Assembly: GCA_964016885.1 (NCBI GenBank)
Contig: OZ024743.1
Location: forward strand, 122,822,001-122,886,000
From: Eledone cirrhosa
Lineage: Eukaryota
Direction of reading: 5' to 3'
Length of the DNA: 64,000 nt
Made by a program: the position numbers and the translations under genes. The notes under the pieces were generated by a model. That model did not search any database and was not told where the DNA came from. It was given only the letters and a program-made list of their open reading frames with translations. Positions 38,336-51,782 of this stretch are shown here, one piece after another. Each line of letters starts with the position of its first letter. The first letter of the stretch is position 1.

Positions 38336-39382
38336 TATTAGGCTGGAAGAACGTTCTGTCTCTGCTTTGATAATTATGTGGTCTATGGCGTTCTAATCTT
38401 TCTTCTCTTCTTTCAGAAATATTCACATTCTTGTGTGTAATTCTCCTATATGTCCGACAAAAAGTAGTTTTGAGGAAATGTATTTGAAGCAATTCGTGCT
38501 CTTTGAGATTCAAAATAAAATGCGTTTCTAGGTTTAGAATGTGGCGAGAAATTTGGAAACAAATCATTAAATGTCAGGAAATACCAGCGGTGGTTCAGTT
38601 TTGATTGAGAAATATGTTTGTGGTTCTCAAAATAATTCAATACAAGCCGTAAAACATCTGAAAACGACTATAGGGTTTGGCAAGTGTTAAAAAGAAGTGA
38701 GTTTCATATAAAATGGCAACTCAATCGGAGAGTCACCAATTGTTCTTCATTAAGAAAAGGGCATGTTATCGAATGATTGCCAGAGATGAATCATGGCTCC
38801 TGTATATTCAGGGAAATAATCAATGGCTGCAAATTAAGAAAGATCCTGTATCTGCACCAGAATTAGGAGAGCACACTAAGAATGAAAAACTTTGAGCCTG
38901 GTGGAAAGATGAAAGGATGTAGTCTACAATATGGAATATTGACAATAATATCTCTTAATAGCTTTCAGAGATTATCTATTGGAAGCATTACACTGGTCAT
39001 TGCTACAAAACAGAACTTCAGCGGTTAATCAGAAAGATGTTTTAGTCTTGCATGATAAAGCAAGATTATATCCGCATCTTTCATGATGAATCAAGGCAAG
39101 GAGATTTTGTTTCACACTATCTAACAACAACACCCTGCTCCGTAGGATATATTATTTTTTCAGATTGTTACATTTCCATGGCGGCAAGTATTTCAAAAAC
39201 TCTGAAGGGGTTAAAGATGGCATGGAAAATATTTTTCTCTTGAAACCCAGGGACTTTTATAACCGCGCCATTAATAACTTACTTGATGAAAATATTACAT
39301 TGATTGGATATACCAATTTCCATCAAATAAAATCGTGTATCCGTCTCGACAAAAACTGACATCAATATATTTCTAGACTAAT
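38336..39382 (+). mobile_element. Degenerate mariner transposon
   Basis: MIARDESWLLY (like IVTGDEKWILY), HDKARLY (like HDNARPH), HFHGGKYFKNSEGVK...DFYNRAINNL; imperfect TIRs tattaggctggaag / tttctagactaat. Confidence 0.8.
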
Positions 39383-39450
39383 GCTACAGTGTTATACCAA
39401 TCATATAACCACATGATCATAGATATGTTGGCATAAAGCTATACAGATAC

Positions 39451-39586
<136 letters not shown>

Positions 39587-41597
39587 GTGTGTGTGAGTGT
39601 GTGTGCGCGCGTGTGTGCGTGTGTGTGTGTGTGTGCGCGCGAGTGTGTGTGTGCGTGCGTGTGTGTGTACATGTGTGTGTGTGTGCGTGCGTGTGTGTGT
39701 GCATGTGTGCGTGTGTATGTGTGTATGTATGCTCAATAGCAGTATTTTCTCGAAGAATTTCTCATAATTAAATGCCTGGAAGGAATTAAATAAATGCCTA
39801 TATAGATATATTGAGTGATAGCGGGGCCAGAGATACAGTGGTGCAACGAGTAATTTCCGCCAGAATCAAGAAAATGAAGGAGATGTCACATTAAACAGGA
39901 GCTCCCTAACTACTAAAGTAATAAAACAACAACGAAACAATGAACAATATCTTGTACGAAGAGAAAAAATTACTAAATAATGACAAGGATGACAACAAAA
40001 ATTTAGCCTCGGCAAATAAATGCATGCAGAAAAATGGAAGGTATGTGAAGAGGCAAAAGAAAGAGTGAATGCTTTCGAATTGGGTGGAGATTTGTTTTAG
40101 CAGCTGTGCTGTAGTGTGTGGATGTGGGGAATATAAAATGCATAAAGATGAGGAACAACGTGCCCTTGTGAAAACAAGGAAGAGGCGATACTCAGATCAA
40201 GGACAGTTTGTCTGCCTTCAGTCGTCATGTGGGATTTCGAGTTCTTTGATGCTAGAAGGGAAAAGTGATTAGCCTTTCTACAAAATCACGTCAAAATTAA
40301 TGCCGTTCCTGCAAGTATGGATAAGGGACATAGGAAATTACAAATGGTAGGCGGATTCTCCACCTCAGCGAATTGGAAATAAAACTAAAATTAAGTCAAA
40401 ACAAAACTACAAAAACCAAAGACATTCATGGATGCACTATGTGTGGCTATGTGTATGTGTGTGTTTAGAGTGTTGTATATTAATATATACTCATACTTGC
40501 ACATTTGTCATAACTGTATGTGTATATTTATGTTCATACATGTACACATGCATACGAGCATAGGAGGCGTGGAAAATGTGTCCATATACATATAAAAATT
40601 ATAGTCATAGTTAGGTATATTTCTGAATGTGTATCTATGTATTTATGTGTGTGGTAGAATTGTATCAACAAAAACATAATAAAACAGAAACAAAATTTTG
40701 TTGGTACTCAGGATTTCTGTATAAAATAAGTGAATAAAACATGAAATTAAGTAAATGGCAATTAGATAATAGCTAGCAGGATATATGCACTTCAGTGGAA
40801 TTGGATTAAGACACAGCACTGTAGCAGAGTATCAGTTCCTACACTTCGAAGAGAATGGGGACATTTAATAATTTATATCTGTACCTAAAAGCAGATTCTG
40901 GGACTACATTAAGTGGACTCAGTAATATATAAACATTGTTTTCCAACTCGTAGTGATTAGTTTTCAAACACCACTTTTAAATATTCTACGAATATGTAAT
41001 TATATTGTACACAATATTGTACCTGTTATATACATATATGTATAAAACCACATAGAATGTAATACGTAAGAAAATGTTTAATAAGTGAACACGTCTAATT
41101 GTGCATGAATAGACATATAATCTGTGTTTATATCTCGAACGATGAAACAAGAAATAAAATAAATAACATATACACTCATTATAAAAATAAAACTGTTGTC
41201 GGAAACACGCATACATGTTTATAAATAAGTGACTATAAATAGTGGAAAATGAGATTTTTGTCCAGATGAGTTAGGATTGGAGTAGCTGTAAGTATATTTT
41301 ATGCGAATAATTATTCTGATTGGATCGAAGCAATCTCACTTACATGCGGCCGACCCTGAGAAAATCTTTCTTATAATTCATTGTTAACGATTCTGTGTAT
41401 GAAACAATATGTTAATGAACGATAATGATATACATACATACATACATATACACATGCATGCATGTGTATACGTCAATTATTAATCATATATTTGCTGACG
41501 ATCAGACATGATGTGTCAGGAAAAGAAAAATTTTTCTGAGTTGATGGCTAGCAGGAAAAAACTCAGAGTAAAAGGTTTTATACAGATAACCCTTAAC

Positions 41598-41800
41598 AGT
41601 GGAGATTTCTGGTGTCTTTACCCTAGGACCACCTCCCTATTCACTATCATCGGTACAGAATTGGCTTCACGCAGGTGTGAGCCTCGCTAGCTGGAATAAC
41701 TCTTCCAGCGCGTCTCCCTCACCATCCTCCGGGGAAACGTTTTCTCTATTCTGTCTGCCGGGGCCACGGAGCGCCAGCACGTGGGCGCCCATTTGCTTAT
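41598..41800 (+). mobile_element. CRE-like RLE LINE 3' end
   Basis: PRTTSLFTIIGTELASRRCEPR*LE*LFQRVSLTILRGNVFSI; homologous to 57830-58036 (-). Confidence 0.75.
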
Positions 41801-41957
41801 AATAGTAAGAGATGGTTAGAGCGAGAGAGACGGAGGCAGTGATAATGGGGATTTGATTCTATTATGTTCAGTCCTTGTTAAGAATTTTTTGTTTCTGTGA
41901 GATATTGTACTTACCAGTATTATTATTATCAATATACAAATTGAAATAGGAAATAAC

Positions 41958-42142
41958 TGTTTCTAAGTTAGGCACAAGGCCAGCAATTACCCAGTGTATT
42001 ACTGGTACTTTATTTTATCGACCCCGTAAGGATGAAAGGCAAAGTTAACTCGGCGGGATTTGAACTCAGAATGGCAAGGGCCGTAACTCTATGCGTCAAA
42101 GCATGGCGTCCGACCCTCTACCGATACTGCCAATCCACCGCC
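41958..42142 (-). mobile_element. Young tRNA-derived SINE with a perfect 18-bp TSD
   Basis: attgaaataggaaataac at 41940-41957 and 42148-42165. Confidence 0.92.
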
Positions 42143-42444
42143 AATCCATTGAAATAGGAAATAACGCTGTCCAGTTGAATACGAGTAGCTACCGGCAGTC
42201 AAATGTCATGTCAAGCTGAGTGTGTAGTTTCCCAGCCAAGCATAAAAATTAGATTTTCCGTGGAATTTATTTTTAACTTTTTGAAATTATGTTCGCTTTT
42301 CTTTGAGTGTAGCTAACCACTGTTACCAAAGTGTTGCTTTTTTTCTTCAATTAAAAGGTATGTTTGAATATGAACAATTGCTTATATGTAGTTATCATGG
42401 TTAGCTATAGATGTTGCAATTTGAACACATATTGTTAATCGTAA

Positions 42445-42745
42445 ATACTGGTGGTATGGTATGGTCCGGTAACTCATGGTGGAGTCGAATGCGCGCCGTA
42501 TTGATATACGACGTTTCTTGGTCATTTTAAGCCTAGCAAAGCCCATCTTTCTCAACGTCTGAGTACAGTAGATTTCTTCCAGAGAAGGATAGAAAGAGAT
42601 ATAGCGGAATAATTTACCCTAGACTGGTGTTTTTATTTTACGAAACGATGAAAATTGACGTTGGCGGGATTTGAGAGCAGGGAGCCGAAACGAATACCAC
42701 AAAGCACTCTATCCGACGCTCTAATGACTCTGCTAATTCACCGAC
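42445..42745 (-). mobile_element. Older SINE subfamily with extended tail
   Basis: Homologous to 23537-23840. Confidence 0.65.
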
Positions 42746-45729
42746 TTACTGGTAATGAGTGCAAATATGTAATACAATAATAATAACTCATTGGGATATT
42801 GACATATTCATTCATAGTTTGATCCAACCAATATGGGTACAGTTATAATTTTCACGTCTGCCTGAATCGACCAACAGAAAAGAGATTTCTCGTCACAAAA
42901 TAGAGTGTACAATAACAAATACATTTCATATACTGAGTGGTTCTGATTGGTTAGCAACTATTTGGATAACCGAAGCTTTAAGCTTATGGCTAGTTTCATT
43001 CGACTTTTTGAAATTTAATTTACTTCATACTTAAAAAGAATGCCATCGTGGCCAATAAATTATTGGTAGATTTTAAAATATATTAAGGCTTATTTAGTCC
43101 CCATGTTTAGTAGTGCAGCAAACAGCTGTATTTAATTAAACTAGAAGATAGTATTTTTTAAATTCTCTTATACATTTAATGTTTCTATGATAATTTGGAG
43201 ATAAATGCACGTGCCTTGTTTCTGGTCATGGTAGGATTTACCCCTATCCCGGCATCCTTAGTAAAACATTTTTATTGCAAAATGACCCCGCTGCTTACAA
43301 CAGGAAAGAGTATTTTATTGAGCCTTAAATCCTTTCCTCGTGAACTAACACAGCGTTGGTAATAGGATATGAAGTGCTACCTTTGTTAATTGATAGACTT
43401 TACTTGACTTTTTGTGAAGTCGATATTGCAGTAAAATATTAAATAATAAACTTGGAACGAATTTGGTGTTATATTTCGTGTCAACAATAATTCAGTCAAG
43501 TTTGCTTCGGAACACTACAAATAAATTATGCGATCACATCTTATAAGGCTGGTCTAATTGCATTCTCTCTTTAAAATGGATTACTATATTAACTCATTAA
43601 ATACTGAGCAGAAATGTGAGAAACTGTAAATCGATTAATCAAAGTCTTTAAGTTCACTCCAACATACCCCTCCCCATCTTACTACTTCCAATAACTACGT
43701 ACCCAACAACTCGGCAATGTTTTAGGATGAAATAGTAGAAGATACATTTATTAATAGTTGTAAAGTCACGTATCAAATATAACATGAGAAGGTAATTATA
43801 TGAATCCAGCTTTGTAGAGAGGGGAAGAACTGAATGTGTCAGTTTATCCGAAGGGAAACACTAAAACACTTAGACTGTCCCAAAAGAATATTTTTTAGAA
43901 GCTTTATTGCTTGTCATAATGTATCTGAATACATATTGGGTGCTACGATTGTACAACGTAATATTGATGTTACGCTGTGTAGCGTATAATAAAATAATTG
44001 TCTCATTAATCGATTCGGAAATCAGTTCTGCTTTCCTTATCTTGTTTTATCCGTATTTTTGTTCTGTTTAAAATAACTCTGAGCATATGAGCTACCCTAG
44101 AAATAGAATCTTGCCAGTTGTGTTTAGTTTAATCTATTTACGAGTGAATAATGACTGGGTCCCTCAATGGAAATAATCTTCCTATAATGTTAAATATATC
44201 AACATAAGCCGATAATATAGGGGCAATGTATCCAAGCATAAACACAGAAAGGTGGCTGTTTTATGTTCTAGCCTGCTCTATGATATTTCTAAAGAGCGAA
44301 GCAAGATAACAGAATGTTAAACTGTAATTACATAACTCTCTGTTGTGAGGTCGAGTCTATTTCGATTTTCCTGTCCTCCGAGGTAACACGTTCTCTAATC
44401 TGTTTGCTGGGACCATGACTTGGCAAATGTCTAGTGTTCTGCACGTCGGAGAATGAGAGTGAACACACGGTGGGGTCGTAACAACTATTCATCAACTGGT
44501 TTGTGTTGTTACTGTTGGGTAATATCCCCCCCCCCCCATGAATACGTTGTCAAATGCGCAAAAAAATCACCTCCATAATTCTACTGAATAGTACGTGTTA
44601 GCTTTTATTCAGACTATGCAAAAAATACCGACATTTTTAGTCACACTAAACCCATTAAAACTAAGGTGTGACATCAACATTTGTAATAGGTTGGCTACAT
44701 GGAAAGAATATTGAATGAAAAAACAGGAACACTTTGAGTAGAAGATCCAACACGGTAATACAAATATAAACTAAAATTGGCATTCAAAAACATTAATATT
44801 GTTATTCCTTCGTGGTCAGCCGATATTTGATCGTCTGCTCTGGATGAGAAAATGATATGATGTACGCCACAAGACGAGGCTGACTAGAAAACACAGCGAC
44901 GGATAGAAACGAACTGACAACGAGGAGTCTTCAATTCTTCTGTATTGCAATCTTCGTGTCATCTTTGGCAGTGTTATTTTATGTAAAAATATAGGCCTAT
45001 GCGGTCAGTGCAATCAAGTTAATGGAACCTGAAACCAGAGATGTTAATGATGATTATGTCTACACAAATTGGAAATCTCTACCTACCTCCCAAATCACTT
45101 TTTGCGTGTGTTCTTTTTATTTACCATATCATCATTAAGGATTAAAACTAGAAGTTCAGTACATGGTAATGACATAAAAAAGAGAAATATATACGCACAT
45201 AACATTAAGGAGCTACTTTGAGATCTATCCAAACATCCCATAACAATTTCCCTAATATTTCAGTGTCAGAAGGAAATGAACTCGTTAATGAGTCTCGCCG
45301 GGTGAGATAAATATCTAATAGTTGGAACATTATGCTCACATCAGCACTTCAGCAGAGAGTCACTGAGCTAACTACCACCCTTGATATCCTGATAAGACTT
45401 TTGTCTCCAATTCATTCCAGATTCTGGACATTAACAGAACAAACGGCACCTTAATAAAATATCAAGAAATATGTATCAGCTATAAGAAATTTTAATATAT
45501 AGTTAAATGTTTATTAGAGGCTATATTCTAATGCGTTCCGGGCTTTTAAATTTTCGTTATTGATCAGTGCAGCCTACTGGAATAAGGCCATTTATATATC
45601 AATGAAATATTTCACATCATAGCAAAAGCGAAGTGGAATAATAAAGCGAGGGTTTTCAACACTCGATGTCATAAATGTACAAGAAATGTAAGGTTATGAT
45701 TTTGTACTCGTTAGGTCTCAGAAGGCTTC

Positions 45730-46030
45730 AGAGATTAGTGGAATTAATGTCATTGATGCAAATCGATACCTCTAAGAAAGTGATCAGCAGGGAAGCAGTT
45801 CCAAAAGGGGCCATCGCTCAGGGAAAACAGGATTAAAGGGATTAGTTAATGTAGGGCTTTGAAGGATGGAGGAGAGATGAGCAAGTAGGAAGTAGAAGGA
45901 TGGAGGTGGCATGAGATCAGTCAGCCAGCCAGACAACTTCGTGGCGTTGAGGTCATTGCAGTAACGGTTGAAAGATAGAGAAAGGACACAACACGCCTTT
46001 GAACCAGAAGCTGGAGGGTGTCTGTAAGTG
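45730..46030 (-). mobile_element. L2/CR1-group LINE 3' coding remnant
   Basis: TLQLLVQRRVVSFL...RYCND resembles the LQPLxHRRxVxxLxLFYRYxxG C-terminal motif. Confidence 0.55.
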
Positions 46031-46037
46031 ATTTAAA

Positions 46038-46181
<144 letters not shown>

Positions 46182-46553
46182 ATTAGTGTAACTTTCCCCT
46201 AAAGAAATCCTTAGTATACATAAAATGGAAGGTAAGAAAGTGTTAAGTCAGACTGCTGCATAAAATTAATCCTATACTATATTCAGGCATTTTCCTTTTC
46301 CATTGTTCACTACCTAAACGATTAGATGACATGCACATTACTAATTAACTAGCTATACATACATGTATACATACATACATACATACATACATACATACAT
46401 ACATACATACATACATACATACATACATACATGCATACATGCATACATACATACATACATACATATATATATATATATATGATGGCTGCCCCCTCGTTAT
46501 CGAGTATGGCCGTTGCACGATATAACATTATTAATAATTATTAATTAATTCGA

Positions 46554-46745
46554 GGCGGTGGATTGGCAGTATTGGTAGAGTGTCGGACGCCATGCTTTGA
46601 CGCATAGAGTTACGGCCCTTGCCATTCTGAGTTCAAATCCCGCCGAGGTTAACTTTGCCTTTCATCCTTACGGGGTCGATAAAATAAAGTACCAGTAATA
46701 CACTGATATATATTGCTGGCCTTGTGCCTAACGTAGAAACAATTA
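46554..46745 (+). mobile_element. Full-length tRNA-derived SINE
   Basis: ggcggtggattggcagt head, B-box gagttcaaatcc, conserved core and tail. Confidence 0.92.
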
Positions 46746-46849
46746 ATTAATTCTATCGTGCAATACCTGTGCGTGAAGATATTTTTAAAGTGAGGAACGT
46801 CTGTGCACTGAGCCAATCCCAATCTCTGAACGACAGTAGCTATAACCCG

Positions 46850-47065
46850 AAAAGAAGAAAAGATCAACATCATCGGTAACTACTGAGCCGTATATGTTAT
46901 ATCGGATTTATCCCAGTTACCTGAGTTGCCTTCTCCTAGAAGAATGCCCTGACAAAGACTAAGGGTCCTTCACTCCCAGTGGTTTAACCGCGCGGTACAT
47001 GTCTATATACATATATACACACTTTCGGATGGCCGTTGACTCTTATGAGTTCTTCCGCCCTTTGC
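46850..47065 (-). mobile_element. Diverged relative of the RTE-like non-autonomous element
   Basis: Shares tcaacatcat-ggtaac, ccttctcctagaa, gacaaag-ctaaggg and ggatggcc-ttgactctta with 47390-47520. Confidence 0.6.
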
Positions 47066-47076
47066 ACATACATATA

Positions 47077-47520
47077 TGGTGGCTGCCAACTTGTTTTCGA
47101 GTACGGCTACTACTTTATATCCATGTAGGAGAACTCCTACTGATGCGCTGAACAAGTGTGACTTTTTAGTCCAGCCAGCGACTTGAAAACTCTGGTACAA
47201 ACACTACACTTGTGACAATTACTGACACATAGTGCTGGGCCTATGGTACCAGGTGATGACAAGTGCAGAGAGATCTCCAGATATAAAGCAATGCCTGTGC
47301 CGTGAAGCTTTTATAGTGAGCAAAGGCACTGCACAAAGCCAGTCCCACTCTCTTAACCAAGATGATATTTACCAAAAAGAAGAACAAGTCAACATCATTG
47401 GTAACCATCAGGGTTGCAGGTGTTATATCAGAGTTTTCCTTCTCCTAGAATTCTGCCTTGACAAAGGCTAAGGGGTCATCTCTCCCGGTGATTTTGGATG
47501 GCCATTGACTCTTAAGAGCT
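47077..47520 (-). mobile_element. RTE-like non-autonomous retroposon
   Basis: Reverse complement of 61125-61543. Confidence 0.78.
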
Positions 47521-47544
47521 ACTTTGCTCATACATACATACCGC

Positions 47545-48425
47545 TATATTGGCTCCCACTTTGAAGGATACGCTTTTGCAATCCAAGAACCAAGAACAGG
47601 AGATTAACACAAAATACCTGATTCACAAAAGAGATAGGGATGCAGGCAAAATACCTAGATGTGATAACAAGTACAGACTCTGCAGAACTAACATCGAGTA
47701 TATAACCCATGTCATCAGCAGCTGTCCAAAGATGTCATCGCGGTACTATCTACCTATGAGGCATGATGTAATGGTCAAAACACTGTACAATGCAGTTCGT
47801 AAAAAAGATAGCGCTGATAATAAACACATTAAAAGCTACAACAATGTGGAAGACATCCATGTACATAATATGAAAGAGTACTGGTGGAATGTTCCAGACA
47901 GGGAGAAGAAAGCATGCACAGTAGTAGAAATTAGCTGCCCAGCAGATGCCAATAAAATATCAAAGATTAGCGAAAAGGAGAATATTTATATGCAGAACTG
48001 ATGAGAAATCTTCAGATACTCCACCCTGATTACACCTTCAGATTTGTGCCTGTGATTATGTTAGTAACTGCCTCAATACAAATCTTGAGAAGCTAGGCTT
48101 CACAGGAGCAGAAAGACCACAACTAGTTAGGAAATTACAAGCACAATCCATTAATGGAACAGTAAAAATATGTAAACCATTCCAAAAATGTTGCATCTAA
48201 TAATTGCATATACACATGTACAGATACAAAGCATATACAGATGCACACATACAACTCAAAACATCCACATCCACACATCCATATCTACACATGCATGCAT
48301 ATATAATCTACCTAGTTGATGTTGTGTAAATTCCAATGAGAGAGTCTTGTGTCTATGTTAGAAACCGACTCTCTCTCTATTGGGAAAACATTTGTGAAAT
48401 TATAAAACCAGAAGAACATTCATAC
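47545..48425 (+). mobile_element. Dong/R4-like LINE 3' part (zinc knuckle, RLE, 3' UTR)
   Basis: YRLCRTNIEYITHVISSC (degenerate CCHC), RHD, EYWWNVP...VVEISCP; an internal deletion removes the NRPD motif; preceded by (CATA)n. Confidence 0.9.
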
Positions 48426-48634
48426 ATGATGATGATGATGATGCCTGCAGCTCGATTTCGAGTAATATCATAGCTTGACACTTAAGCATGAGCATCACGG
48501 ACATGCCATTTTAGTCCTACTAGGGACTTGCCTATGGCCAGTAATATCATGCGTCGCAACAATGTCACACATCAAGCTATGCCTGTGCTGGAAATGCTTT
48601 GCACATACATACGTACATACATACATATATGCAT

Positions 48635-48699
<65 letters not shown>

Positions 48700-48702
<3 letters not shown>

Positions 48703-49702
48703 ATACTTGGGGAGGGTCATATTTGTGTAATATTGCCAGAATTAATAACAGAACACACTCACTGTTTGGTTGGTTTTCGCTTTTCGCTTCTGTGTCTTTT
48801 ATATCGGTTAATTTAATTTATTCGGTCCTCAATGTTGCCATTGACTGACCAACGGTCAAAAATACAGATACAATATAGACACAAACACATATATATAGTT
48901 TATCAAAGTTCTTTCGTTGCACATCTGCAACATCGTCAGTGGTGCTATTGTTTCCTTCCGTTGCATTGTATTTTCTACGCCATCTTTATTTAGTCTGTTT
49001 ATACATTTATTTATTTGTTTATTTTTTGTCTTCTTTGCGCGTGCGTTTGCGTGTGTGTATAGTGTTTTGTTTGATGTGTGTTCGTGATTGGGTGATTGTG
49101 TATTGGTTAATGTATTCTATCTTTACTAGTGTGTGTTTATATGTGTTTGTTGTTATTGTGCTTGTGTATGTATTTATTTATTTATCTATTTATTTATTTA
49201 TATTTCTCTTAGGTCAGTGTTGTTTGTTTGGGTGTTGTTGTTATTCCATTCATTTTTTCTGCTTAGCCTTGGCCTTCTAAGTTCTATTTCACTGGCCTCT
49301 GCTGGGTCATTTCTATGTTTAGATATTATCTAATTTCTATGTTGTCTATGTTACCGTCGTGTTGCTGTCTGGCATGTTCGTATAGTACTGAACCGTTTTT
49401 TTGTCCTTTTAGTTTCCCCCAGTGTTGGTCTATCCTTTCACCTATGCTACGAGCTGTCTCGCCTATGTATGTTGTTGTCATGTTTCTGCAAGTACCCTCT
49501 GTACATATTATGCTATAGCCTACGTTTCTAGTTTTACAGTTTATCCGGGAATTTACCTTACATATGATACATTTCCTATTAGTACAGTGGGTTTTCTTAA
49601 AAGGGTAGGTTTTGCTGATCAGGGATTTTATGGTGGTTCCTGGCTTTTCTACCACCTTAATCTTTAACCTCCCAAAAACCTCGCAAAACTAATTCATCGC
49701 CG
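48700..49702 (-). mobile_element. Penelope-like element fragment (GIY-YIG endonuclease pseudogene plus 3' pLTR)
   Basis: ORF 49326-49655: VEKPG...PF..C....CIIC...C...NVGYSIIC...YIGETARSIGER..QH; continues past a stop to DP...LSRKNEW; (TA)n on both flanks. Confidence 0.85.
48901..48945 (-). ncRNA. Minimal hammerhead ribozyme in the Penelope-like 3' region
   Basis: Minus strand: gcacca CTGACGA t gttgca gatg tgcaac GAAA g aa CTT tgata; perfect stem II, weak stem I. Confidence 0.65.
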
Positions 49703-49725
49703 TTATATATATATATATATATAAG

Positions 49726-49913
49726 GGCGGTGGATTGGCAGTATCGGTAGGGGGTCGGACGACATACTTTGACGCATAGAGTTACGGCCCTTGCCATTCT
49801 AAGTTCAAATCCTGCCGAGGTTAACTTTGCCTTTCATCCTTATGGGGTCGATAAAATAAAGTACCAGTAATACACTGGATAATTGCTGGCCTTGTGCCAA
49901 AAGTAGAAACAGT

Positions 49914-49914
<1 letters not shown>
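49726..49914 (+). mobile_element. Full-length tRNA-derived SINE
   Basis: Same family consensus, inserted in (TA)n. Confidence 0.9.
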
Positions 49915-49940
<26 letters not shown>

Positions 49941-49944
<4 letters not shown>

Positions 49945-50106
49945 AGAGTCAGGAACCAAGACGGCTGAGGTCCGGCCGTTTCGACAGCTAGATCCGAATT
50001 CAGCTGTCGGGGTCCTGACTCTTTTCTTATTACCCACTTTACTACCCTAAGTATTGAGTACTCTGGTGCGTTACGGTCCACCTGGTATTTTACCACACCC
50101 TTTTTG

Positions 50107-50108
<2 letters not shown>
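49941..50108. mobile_element. Fold-back element, family A
   Basis: gaaaagagtcagga...tcctgactcttttc inverted ends; body homologous to 7507-7640 and 53853-54028. Confidence 0.72.
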
Positions 50109-50182
<74 letters not shown>

Positions 50183-50382
50183 ACGTAGATAGATGGAACG
50201 TAAAAGGAAAGATAAGCGATACATATATTTAGTTGCCAATAGTTTGTGCAAATGTGCTCAATACTCGTGCCTACAGGGATAAATATTAGAAGCGTTAATA
50301 TTTAGTGGGCGAGGAAATAAGCAGAGCGATTATAAAAGAAATGAATACAAGGAGTATATACCGTTAAAACGTTTATATAACA

Positions 50383-50427
50383 ATGCACCTACGTACGTTT
50401 CGTCCAGAACGGGCTTATCAAGCGCAT
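50383..50427 (-). ncRNA. Hammerhead ribozyme, U3-A8 variant (pLTR copy in sense to the ORF)
   Basis: Minus strand: atgcgc TTGATAA gccc gttct ggac GAAA cgtac GTA ggtgcat. Confidence 0.62.
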
Positions 50428-50616
50428 GGAAACCAAAAAAAAAATGATCAATACGCGACCCAGGAGGGGTTTTAAGGTTAAATTCACACCAGAGTTCATT
50501 CTTCGCTTAATTACATTTGTTGTTATTACCACAGAACAGGGGGAGTATCTCTGGCCGGTGCTCGAATAATCTTGTCCCCCTGGCATTTTTACCGATTCAC
50601 ATGATTGTGTTTTGCG

Positions 50617-50738
50617 TTATTATTTTATGGGTGTTTTTTTACTAATGCCGGTTCGAGCCGGATCTGGGATGCACATTTATTATTTTATGGGTGCTTATTT
50701 ACTAATGCCGGTTCGAGCCGGGTCTGGGATGTACATTT
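50617..50738. repeat. 60-bp tandem duplication inside the Penelope-like 3' UTR
   Basis: Two copies of ttattattttatgggtg...actaatgccggttcgagccgg-tctgggatg-acattt. Confidence 0.85.
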
Positions 50739-51475
50739 AGTTCACAGATGTTTGTTTACATCGCCTGCTCAGCGGAGTGTTATGGTTTGTGCAGGGGGAC
50801 CCAGTTTATAGTTTTCATGGCGCAGTCGCTTCTCACCCGAAGTAAGACGCTTGCATTCGGTGCCTACAGTTTATGACTGATTCGGCTCCGCTATTTGTGA
50901 GCTCGTGGGGTGTTTTTATGATATAGTAATGCTCCATGAGGCAAAGCTGGCACTTCCTCTTGAAATTGTAGAGTGCAGCCCTACCGACAATATCCCAGTG
51001 TGTGGAGAAGCTGATGTTGGCGTCTTTTAATGTAGTGACGTAATTGGCAAGTGACGTGGAGTGCCTTTGTTTTTTGTTCCTGAAAGAGTGGAGATGTGTT
51101 CTAAATCTCGTTTTGAACTGGCTAGAGGTGGCCCCTATATAGTGTTTAACACCATTATGGCTAGTTATCGTGCACCTATTAATAACCTTATCAGTCAGGC
51201 AGTTCCCACTGAGAAAGCAGCCTCCTCTGTCACGACAGTTGCATTTTCTGTCACGGTCGCTCTTAGTTCCTGAAGTAAAGCTATTACTATTGCTACCTAT
51301 GTTGTTAACTATGTCTCTATCTCGGTCATTGGTACTGTTATATCTCAAGGCGTGCGGTGTAGTACCATGCTCTGCAGTAATAACAACAAATGTACTTAAG
51401 CGAAGAATGAACTCTGATGTGAATTTAACATTAAAACCCCTCCTGGGTCGCGTATTGATCATTTATTTGTTTTCC

Positions 51476-51520
51476 ATGTCCTTGATAAGCCCGTTCTGGG
51501 CGAAACGTACGTAGGTGCAT
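51476..51520 (+). ncRNA. Hammerhead ribozyme, U3-A8 variant (inverted pLTR copy)
   Basis: atgtcc TTGATAA gccc gttct gggc GAAA cgtac GTA ggtgcat; perfect stem II, palindromic acgtacgt stem III. Confidence 0.7.
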
Positions 51521-51565
51521 TGTTATATAAACATGTTTTAACGGTATATACTCCTTGTATTAATT

Positions 51566-51608
<43 letters not shown>

Positions 51609-51630
51609 GAGAGAGAGAGAGAGAGAGAGG

Positions 51631-51782
<152 letters not shown>

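Larger units (their letters stand above)
50331..51574 (-). mobile_element. 5'-truncated Penelope-like element: GIY-YIG ORF, 3' pLTR and inverted 5' pLTR
   Basis: ORF 50833-51462: KCNCR..GC.LSGNCL...VI...HYIGAT..FKTR...H..SF...TSLANY...W.I...CQLCLME...N...CRH; inverted arms 50331-50535 / 51371-51574. Confidence 0.9.

Noticed and set aside
46554-46645. tRNA gene
   Set aside because: The A/B boxes belong to a multi-copy SINE head; no complete cloverleaf
50641-50730. aatgccggttcgagccgga resembling a twister ribozyme P4/L4
   Set aside because: No P1/P2 helices or matching pseudoknot pairings found; a simple hairpin within a 60-bp duplication explains it
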